14,239 bases of DNA from Promethearchaeota archaeon (lineage in GTDB: Archaea; Asgardarchaeota; Lokiarchaeia; Sigyniarchaeales; SOKP01), in NCBI GenBank assembly GCA_016839585.1, contig JAEOTZ010000005.1, positions 1-14,239 of the forward strand. The letters are read 5' to 3'. Below are positions 8,049 through 14,232 of the stretch, in pieces; within the stretch, counting starts at the first letter, position 1; the number at the start of each line of letters is the position of its first letter. Under the pieces are notes generated by a model that saw nothing but the letters and a program-made list of their open reading frames with translations, did no database searches and was not told the DNA's origin. The position numbers and the translations under genes are program-made.

Positions 8049-8441
8049 ATGTCAAAAGATTTATTATTAGCCATTTTTGAAATGGCTAAAAAGAAGCAGG
8101 TTCTTGACGAGGAACTAATAGATTTCTTAGAAGTCCTCTTTCCTGACAGATCTACTAATATTATAGAAGTTTTAAAAAGGGGAATTACAAAAAACATATA
8201 TAAACCCTCAAATAGAATAGTTTGGACCGCGATGGGTGAAAATCAAGAGCATTTAATGTATCCAAAAATATTTTGTAGTTGTCAAGATTTTTATAAATCA
8301 GTTATTATAAAAAAGAATAGACTTGTTTGTAAGCATCTTATAGCTCAAATCATTAGTGAAGCTCTAAACAATTATAAAATTAAAGAATTAGAAGATCAAG
8401 AATTTAGTGATCTAATTAGGGATTTGAGGTTAAAAATATAA
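8049..8441 (+). CDS. Standalone SWIM zinc-finger protein, SWS1/ZSWIM7-like
   Basis: FCSCQDF...VCKHLIA (CxCxxF...CxHxxA), preceded by PSNRIVW...G; 130 aa. Confidence 0.85.
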   Translation: MSKDLLLAIFEMAKKKQVLDEELIDFLEVLFPDRSTNIIEVLKRGITKNIYKPSNRIVWTAMGENQEHLMYPKIFCSCQDFYKSVIIKKNRLVCKHLIAQIISEALNNYKIKELEDQEFSDLIRDLRLKI

Positions 8442-9065
8442 AATCTCGACACTTCTTATTGATTCTTTTACTAGATCAACTAAATTAATAGTTGATTCAG
8501 CTTTAATAATTTCTAAAGGTTTTGCATGAGTTTCAGGAAATTGAGGATTATATTGGCAACTAGCTGAACTTTGAGAACAAATATTGTAAAATCCGATTTT
8601 TTCACTTAATCTTATTACTTCAAGTTTATCCCAGCCTATTAAGGGGCGCAAGATTACAAAATTATGTAGTAGGTTATTATATGCAAATAAGTTATCAAGA
8701 GTTTGACTAGCTTGTTCTCCTAATATGTCACCAGTTACTATGAGATTTATGTTTTCATTTTTTCCAATCTGCATGGCTATCCTTATCATTAATCTTTTAC
8801 ATAAAATACAGGTTAATTTTCTTTCACTTCCGGTTTTAAAAAGTTCTAAATTTAAATCATGGTTAATTAAATACAATTTAATATTTTTTTTTGTAAATTT
8901 TTTTAAGATTTTAACAATTTGAATCAGCTTTTTTTTCATGGAATTATTTTCATCTTCTGAAGTTAAAAACGATATAAAAATAGGATGATATTTCTTATTA
9001 ATCATTAAAAATGCAGCAACTGGACTATCTAATCCTCCCGAAAGTAAAGAGACAAATTTCTTCAT
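8430..9065 (-). CDS. ThiI-like PP-loop sulfurtransferase, catalytic domain only (no THUMP)
   Basis: LLSGGLDSPVA PP-loop right at the N-terminus, CILCKRLM, VTGDILGEQASQTLDN, LRPLIGWDK and a third Cys in SASCQYNPQFPET. Confidence 0.88.
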   Translation of the reverse strand: MKKFVSLLSGGLDSPVAAFLMINKKYHPIFISFLTSEDENNSMKKKLIQIVKILKKFTKKNIKLYLINHDLNLELFKTGSERKLTCILCKRLMIRIAMQIGKNENINLIVTGDILGEQASQTLDNLFAYNNLLHNFVILRPLIGWDKLEVIRLSEKIGFYNICSQSSASCQYNPQFPETHAKPLEIIKAESTINLVDLVKESIRSVEILYF

Positions 9066-9132
9066 ATAATTCTTATCAAACTTTTCTTAATTTAAAATAC
9101 AATTTTTGTATGTTATATATTTTCAAAGCAAA

Positions 9133-9738
9133 TTATTTCACTCTAATTTCTATACGATCCCATTCTTTTAATGCTTTATTGAAATCATCTAGAGAGATTT
9201 CACGTGCGATCTTTATCTTTTTTTCAAATTCTAATTGTCTTATCTTTAATATCAAGTTTTTGTTTTTTCTATAGAATCTTTCAACATTTGGATATTCAAT
9301 TTCAAATATTTCTTTAATCTTATTCAAACTTATATTTTTTAATTCATTATAATTTTTACTAACAAAATTACATAATGGATCAATACTTAGCTCCATATTA
9401 AATGAATCTATTCTTTTTAAGGCTAATGGATATGCTTTACATGCTAAAGGCTTTTTTTCATGAATAGTACAACCTTCCTCTTGATCGTAAAAAGGACAGC
9501 ATGCTTTAGGATTGTCTAAAAATATCTTAAATGTTAGGACTAAAATGTTTTTATTAATAATATCAGGAAAAACTAAATCTTCTATAACTTTAAATTCGAT
9601 TTCATATTTCTTCGCTAGCTCAATTAATTCATCTACTTCTTCTGGATAAAGAGGAATTCTTTTCCTATATCCAAGTTCATTTTTCTCGACCTCATAACAA
9701 CATATTCCACACTTCATACAACGATATTTTAAAATCAT
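9133..9738 (-). CDS. YkgJ family CxxCxxCC zinc/iron-chelating cysteine-cluster protein
   Basis: YRCMKCGICC...CPFY...CTIHEKKPLACKAYP...C. Confidence 0.9.
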   Translation of the reverse strand: MILKYRCMKCGICCYEVEKNELGYRKRIPLYPEEVDELIELAKKYEIEFKVIEDLVFPDIINKNILVLTFKIFLDNPKACCPFYDQEEGCTIHEKKPLACKAYPLALKRIDSFNMELSIDPLCNFVSKNYNELKNISLNKIKEIFEIEYPNVERFYRKNKNLILKIRQLEFEKKIKIAREISLDDFNKALKEWDRIEIRVK

Positions 9739-9894
9739 AAGCTTATAAATTATTAATGTTGTTATCTAGCCTAATAATTAAGATCCTTGATAGGATCAAG
9801 TTGTTTTCTTAAATTAAGTTTTTGATAATATGATTATATTACTTTTACACTAATTCTTGTGTCTACTAGGATAATACATCGTTTTTAAATTGAT

Positions 9895-9912
9895 AAAAAA
9901 AACCTTATTAAT
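9895..9912 (+). promoter_or_regulatory. Putative BRE/TATA promoter of the PAC2-family gene
   Basis: AAAAAAAACC followed by TTATTAAT (9905-9912), about 32 nt before ATG 9945. The AT-rich background limits certainty. Confidence 0.45.
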
Positions 9913-9944
9913 AGAGTTATTTTTGAAAAAATAAGGTTTAAGAT

Positions 9945-10754
9945 ATGGAAGGAATAAGAATTATCAAACATGTAGATCTTTCTAAAGAAGATTTTAATAA
10001 TCCAATTTGTATCTTGGGAATGCCTGGCATTGCTGATGTTGGTAAATTTGCATTAGATTCGTTAATAGGCCAGCTTGATGCTGAGAATTTTATGGATATT
10101 ATTTTTGATGATTACCCCGCCGGAGCAATTGTGGATGATAGTATATTATCTGCTCCTAAAGCGGAAATTCTCTATTGGAAAGATCCAAATAAATTGAGGG
10201 ATATCATATTAATTACTGCTGATGCTCAAAGTTTAACTCCTAAAGGAATATATAAAATATCAAATTTTCTTACAAAAATCATTATGCAATGTGGGATAAA
10301 ATTAATTGTAGCTTTAGGAGCTTATCCTATAAGTAGTCGAATGCTTAACTCAAAAATTCCAAAAATATTTGCTAGCTCTACAGATCGTGAGTTATTAGAG
10401 AAGTATTTAATAAAGAATAAATGTGAAAAGATCCAAAAAGGAGTTATTATCGGTGCGAATGGTTTAATTCCTACATTGGCAAAGGCAAGATTTAATGTTG
10501 ATGGTTTAGTTTTTCTTGCTGAAACTGATAATATTGCGATGGTTAATGAGGATATTACTGATTTAAAAGCATCCATTACACTTTTAGAAATGCTTAAAAA
10601 GTCATTTACCTTACCAATCAAAAAGAAATATTCTTTAGAGAATATTGAAAGCATAACAAAAAATCTTCAAATCAAAAGAGATCAATTAGAAAAGGATCTT
10701 GAGACTCTCCAAATTATTGATACTGATGATAAAAGAAAATCATTATACATTTAA
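9945..10754 (+). CDS. PAC2 family proteasome assembly chaperone (PbaA/PbaB-like) with C-terminal HbYX motif
   Basis: ILGMPGIADVGK, ITADAQ, IVALGAY, IIGANGLI and LAET motifs; ends in -LYI. Confidence 0.9.
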   Translation: MEGIRIIKHVDLSKEDFNNPICILGMPGIADVGKFALDSLIGQLDAENFMDIIFDDYPAGAIVDDSILSAPKAEILYWKDPNKLRDIILITADAQSLTPKGIYKISNFLTKIIMQCGIKLIVALGAYPISSRMLNSKIPKIFASSTDRELLEKYLIKNKCEKIQKGVIIGANGLIPTLAKARFNVDGLVFLAETDNIAMVNEDITDLKASITLLEMLKKSFTLPIKKKYSLENIESITKNLQIKRDQLEKDLETLQIIDTDDKRKSLYI

Positions 10755-10818
10755 GGTTATAGATTAGATTAATTATAAATTATATTTATAAAACTCTTTT
10801 CTACGTTAAAGAGATTAA

Positions 10819-10834
10819 GCAAAAACTATATTAA
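10819..10834 (+). promoter_or_regulatory. Putative BRE/TATA promoter of rpoP (probably leaderless)
   Basis: GCAAAAAC followed by TATATTAA (10827-10834), ending 22 nt before ATG 10857. Confidence 0.5.
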
Positions 10835-10856
10835 TTATGTTAAATTCAAAATAATA

Positions 10857-11006
10857 ATGAGATACATATGTGCTAGAAAAAGCTGTGGAAAAGAAGTGAG
10901 TAAAAAAGAATTAAGTGCCCTTCCCGGTATCAAGTGTTCTCACTGTGGATTTCGAATATTATATAAAAAACGACCAGATGTTATAAAGCGAATTAAAGTT
11001 CGCTAA
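10857..11006 (+). CDS. rpoP: DNA-directed RNA polymerase subunit P (Rpo12/RPB12); absent from the ORF track
   Basis: Manual translation gives MRYICARKSCGKEVSKKELSALPGIKCSHCGFRILYKKRPDVIKRIKVR* (49 aa). IKCxxCGFRILYKKRP is the Rpo12 signature. Confidence 0.95.
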   Translation: MRYICARKSCGKEVSKKELSALPGIKCSHCGFRILYKKRPDVIKRIKVR

Positions 11007-11008
11007 AG

Positions 11009-11039
11009 TTTATTCTTTTTTTAAATAAAAGGTTTTTTT
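11009..11039. terminator. Oligo-T/oligo-A putative bidirectional terminator between convergent rpoP and tfb
   Basis: tttattctttttttaaataaaaggttttttt directly after the rpoP stop. Oligo-T tracts are known archaeal termination signals. Confidence 0.45.
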
Positions 11040-11095
11040 AATTCATTAATTTGTTACTATTAAAAAAGTTAATGTATAGTAGAGATGAGCTTTAT

Positions 11096-12013
11096 TTATA
11101 CATTCAATTCAAAATTGAGGTGATTCAGAAGTTCTTTATATCTATTCCGAATAGTTGCTTCAGTCACCCCAGCAGTTAAGGAAATTTCTTTCTGTGTTCG
11201 ACGCTCCCCTTCCTTTATAGCTGCTACGTATAAAGCAGCTCCTGCTAAACCCGTTGGGGCTTTCCCTGCTGTGATACGATGCTTTTTTGCTAATTTTAAA
11301 ATTGAAGCTGCCCTATTTTGAGTTCTTCCTGAAAGCTTTAATTCAGCGCAGAATCTTGGAATAAAATTTATTGGGGAAGATACTTTAATATTAATTTTTA
11401 ATTCTCTTAAAATTAATCTATAACATCGTGCAACCTTCCTTTTATCAACTGATGCAAATTCAATGAAATCATCAAGAGTTTTTGGTATGTTACTCAATCT
11501 ACAAGATAAGTAAATCGATGCTATTAACATAGCTTCTATGGATCTTCCCCTAATAAGATTTTTTTGAGCCATTTTTCTGTAAATATGAGCTGAAGATTCT
11601 TTTAAACCTTTAGATAAGTTTAGTTGAGAAGAAAATCTATCTAATTCATTCATGGCGTATGCTAAATTTCTATCGATTGATTTATTTGTCCTTGTTCTTA
11701 CATGCCATTTCCTTAAACGATATACTTCTGCTTTCATTTTAGGGCTTATAGCCTTTCCAAAAGCGTCTTTATTTTTCCAGCCTATCATTGTACTTAATCC
11801 TTTATCATGTAAAGTTAGAGTTGTTGGTGCTCCGACTCTAACTTTCTTGTTTGCTTCTTCTGACGTAAATGCTCGCCATTCAGGACCGGAATCGATGATT
11901 TTTTGTAATATTACCAGCCCACATACACTACATATTACCTCACCCCGAGACTCATCTGAAATTAAATTTTTATTGCCACATTCTGGGCATAAATTTAAAT
12001 TTTTTTGAGTCAT
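11096..12013 (-). CDS. tfb: Transcription initiation factor IIB (TFB)
   Basis: Zinc ribbon CPECG...RGEVICSVCGLVI, B-reader IDSGPEWRAF...RVGAP...LHDKGLST, two cyclin repeats (LIRGRS; GKAPTGLAGAALY) and HTH GVTEATIRNRYKEL. ATG 12013 preferred; TTG 12025 possible. Confidence 0.98.
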   Translation of the reverse strand: MTQKNLNLCPECGNKNLISDESRGEVICSVCGLVILQKIIDSGPEWRAFTSEEANKKVRVGAPTTLTLHDKGLSTMIGWKNKDAFGKAISPKMKAEVYRLRKWHVRTRTNKSIDRNLAYAMNELDRFSSQLNLSKGLKESSAHIYRKMAQKNLIRGRSIEAMLIASIYLSCRLSNIPKTLDDFIEFASVDKRKVARCYRLILRELKINIKVSSPINFIPRFCAELKLSGRTQNRAASILKLAKKHRITAGKAPTGLAGAALYVAAIKEGERRTQKEISLTAGVTEATIRNRYKELLNHLNFELNV

Positions 12014-12155
12014 TGAAAGATCCAAATATGTCTACTCTTTTAAAATTCAGCTATTTAATTTCTATAATCATTTTCCCACATTTAAATGTTTGCGTTTCAA
12101 GGATTTGTCGGTTAATAATATACTCAATTTTTAATTTTGGTTTTTTAAATTAAAT

Positions 12156-12170
12156 CAAAAAGTTTTAATA
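12156..12170 (+). promoter_or_regulatory. Putative BRE/TATA promoter of the 12194 zinc-finger gene
   Basis: CAAAAAG followed by TTTTAATA (12163-12170), ending 23 nt before ATG 12194. Confidence 0.45.
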
Positions 12171-12193
12171 AGTTCGGTATTTCTCTTAATATA

Positions 12194-12658
12194 ATGCGAC
12201 ATTTTTATAAGGCTCATGGAAGACATTGCTATCTTCGTTCTTTTCAAACAAAATGCCCAAAATGTGGTGTAGATGTGTTATATTGGGAATGTGCTCATGG
12301 CAGTAAAGTATTTTTTGAATACCCACCCTATGGAAAATTAGTAAGGCATTTTTGTCGATATCAATCAGCTAGGTTTGATAGAAAAAGAAAATTTCCAATA
12401 GTAGTTAAAATTCCAAAAGGTTTATTAGAAAATAGCTCACCAAGTTGTCCAGTATGTGGGAAATTATTTAAAAATAATAAAGATCTCAATAATCATTTAG
12501 AAACTCTAAAGAAGGATGATAAGCTCCATAAAACATTTTTTAAAAATGATTTTGTATTTGAAAATGGCAGTTGGAATAGCAATCAAAAAAAAATTGATCA
12601 AATTAAACTTTATGAAAAACCAAAATTTGGTAGAATTAATATTAAAAAAAAGAAATAA
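12194..12658 (+). CDS. Basic multi-zinc-binding hypothetical protein (Cys/His-rich N-terminal domain plus C2H2-like finger)
   Basis: HGRHC...CPKCG...WECAHGSKVFF...HFC, then CPVCGKLFKNNKDLNNH...H, then a Lys-rich tail. Confidence 0.75.
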   Translation: MRHFYKAHGRHCYLRSFQTKCPKCGVDVLYWECAHGSKVFFEYPPYGKLVRHFCRYQSARFDRKRKFPIVVKIPKGLLENSSPSCPVCGKLFKNNKDLNNHLETLKKDDKLHKTFFKNDFVFENGSWNSNQKKIDQIKLYEKPKFGRINIKKKK

Positions 12659-12785
12659 AAAGTTTAGAGTATTGTTATGAATAAATTTTTAATTAATTAG
12701 TATATAATTATTTTATAATAAATATTAATGTCATTAAATTTTATTAGATTCAGATATTAATCTATTAGAATGGGAAAAAAATAAA

Positions 12786-13397
12786 ATGTCAGTTGATCCA
12801 GAAGCTGCGATTCATAATTTAATGCAAGCTGAACCATCGATTATTGCTGCTGTAGTGATCCGTGGAAGGGATATTATCTATTCTACAGATAACTGGGATA
12901 TAAGTGTTGATGTTGGAAGAGTTTTATCAAGTTGGGCCTCCATGAATGCTCAATTTATTATTATTTCAGGAGTGAAATATTCACTTCTGCAGTGCACTTC
13001 AGAAAGATTAGTTGCTACTTCAATTAGAGGGGAAGGTCATATTGTTGGGGCAAAAGATGAAATGCATAAGGTAATTACTTATGTTGAACCAGATGGTCCA
13101 ATGAATGCAGCATATATGGATACTGCTAGAGCATTAGCATCAATGAGCACCCAAGGTCCATATATGGAAGGAAATAGTCAGTTAGGTGCTAAAGGTGCTG
13201 CAATGGGAGGGGCAACCAAACCAAGTATAAATATTGAACCTCATTTAAAAGGTGAGATACAATCATTTTTAGAATGGCTTAAGGATACTGAAGGTCTTTC
13301 AGGATATATCAGTTATTATCTTCAACAAAATAATATCCAGATAATTACTGAGTTATCAAAAATTTATAATGAATTAAGAAAAATTTTTGGCGTTTAA
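12786..13397 (+). CDS. Asgard (Loki-type) profilin with a Gly-rich linker and an extra C-terminal helical domain
   Basis: About aa 1-121 follow the Loki profilin pattern as I recall it: helix, IIAAVVI, YSTDNWDIS, SGVKYSLLQCTSERLVATSIRGEGHIVG, ITYVEPDG, C-terminal helix. About 80 further residues follow. Confidence 0.85.
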   Translation: MSVDPEAAIHNLMQAEPSIIAAVVIRGRDIIYSTDNWDISVDVGRVLSSWASMNAQFIIISGVKYSLLQCTSERLVATSIRGEGHIVGAKDEMHKVITYVEPDGPMNAAYMDTARALASMSTQGPYMEGNSQLGAKGAAMGGATKPSINIEPHLKGEIQSFLEWLKDTEGLSGYISYYLQQNNIQIITELSKIYNELRKIFGV

Positions 13398-13412
13398 AAT
13401 CCAGCTATATAA

Positions 13413-13430
13413 GCGAAAAAAATATTAATA
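13413..13430 (+). promoter_or_regulatory. Putative BRE/TATA promoter of the 13453 gene
   Basis: GCGAAAAAAA followed by TATTAATA (13423-13430), ending 22 nt before GTG 13453. Confidence 0.5.
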
Positions 13431-13452
13431 GCAATTTAAATATTGGACAACT

Positions 13453-13911
13453 GTGAGATTTGTGGGAGAAAAAAAAGAAAAAAGTTACTTAAAAAAAATG
13501 AAAAATTTATTTGCTAAAAAACCAAAACTAAAAACTCAAGATGAGAGTATTGATTATCCATCAGAAGAAGATGTAGAATTACAGATTCCAACTATACCAG
13601 AAGCACCAAAACAAAAAGAAAAATTTGCTTTAGATTCTCCTGATTTATCACCCGATGTACTTGAAAGAATAAAGAAAGTAGAATCTCCTGATAAGAAAGT
13701 TGTTTTAGTAAATTGTGAGAGATGTAAAGCAATTATACCTATACCTATTCCAAAAAGGATGGTTTCAAGGTCAAATTTGCCAATAGTTCCTATAAGTTAT
13801 GTTCATATGAACCTCCAAAATAAGGATCAACATTGTATAACAATACATATTGATCATGACTTTGATATTCGAAGACAAAAGATATCTGATGTCATTCTTT
13901 CTTCTGATTAA
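13453..13911 (+). CDS. Hypothetical protein: basic amphipathic N-terminal helix, acidic/Pro-rich linker, C-terminal putative Zn-binding beta domain
   Basis: SYLKKMKNLFAKK; DESIDYPSEEDVELQIPTIPEAP; VNCERC...VPISYVH...HCITIHIDHDFDIRR. Start could be GTG 13453, GTG 13462 or ATG 13498. Confidence 0.75.
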   Translation: MRFVGEKKEKSYLKKMKNLFAKKPKLKTQDESIDYPSEEDVELQIPTIPEAPKQKEKFALDSPDLSPDVLERIKKVESPDKKVVLVNCERCKAIIPIPIPKRMVSRSNLPIVPISYVHMNLQNKDQHCITIHIDHDFDIRRQKISDVILSSD

Positions 13912-13971
13912 TTTTATAACTATCTCTAGTCTTAAATAATCATCTTTTCAAATACTTTAATTCATAATATT

Positions 13972-13987
13972 AAAAAGGTTTTTTTTT
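13972..13987. terminator. A5-GG-T9 putative bidirectional terminator between convergent genes
   Basis: aaaaaggttttttttt lies in the convergent intergenic region 13912-14001. Confidence 0.4.
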
Positions 13988-14001
13988 GGTATACCTGATT
14001 G

Positions 14002-14232
14002 TTAAAAAATTATTAAATTAATTAGGACCGCAATAAGAAAAGGAAGTAGGCACAAACAACATAAAAATCCACACCAACTTTTCTTCCATTTAATATAATC
14101 ATTAGGATTTAGAATTACATGACAATTTGGACAATATTTTTGTGTTTGATCATTAATTTTTGTCCCGCAATTATAACATAAGAGCAGTTCATTATCTAAT
14201 TTTCTATTATTTTTAAGCTCAATTTTTAACAC
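14002..14232 (-). CDS. Zinc-ribbon protein with a Cys-rich C-terminal transmembrane helix; may extend beyond the window
   Basis: CYNCG...KYCPNCH zinc ribbon, then WKKSWCGFLCCLCLLPFLIAVLINLIIF. The frame is open to the window edge upstream of GTG 14232. Confidence 0.75.
   Translation of the reverse strand: MLKIELKNNRKLDNELLLCYNCGTKINDQTQKYCPNCHVILNPNDYIKWKKSWCGFLCCLCLLPFLIAVLINLIIF

Noticed and set aside
7634-8197. ORFs 7634-7882 (+) and 8015-8197 (-)
   Set aside because: Antisense shadows of the GT4 and SWIM genes with no recognisable motifs.
8725-9274. ORFs 8725-8922 (+) and 9011-9274 (+)
   Set aside because: They overlap the ThiI-like and YkgJ genes on the opposite strand and have no coding signature. 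Neither resembles a THUMP domain.
10773-10791. Palindrome TTATAAAT-tat-ATTTATAA upstream of rpoP
   Set aside because: A/T-only 8-bp arms in an extremely AT-rich intergenic region are expected by chance.
10322-12008. ORFs 10322-10654 (-) and 11652-12008 (+)
   Set aside because: Antisense shadows of the PAC2-family gene and tfb.
13585-13752. Pro-rich motifs (IPTIPEAP, IPIPIP) as a polyproline ligand for the neighbouring profilin
   Set aside because: There are no consecutive Pro runs, IPIPIP looks like a beta strand of the Zn domain, and characterised Loki profilins are reported not to bind polyproline well.
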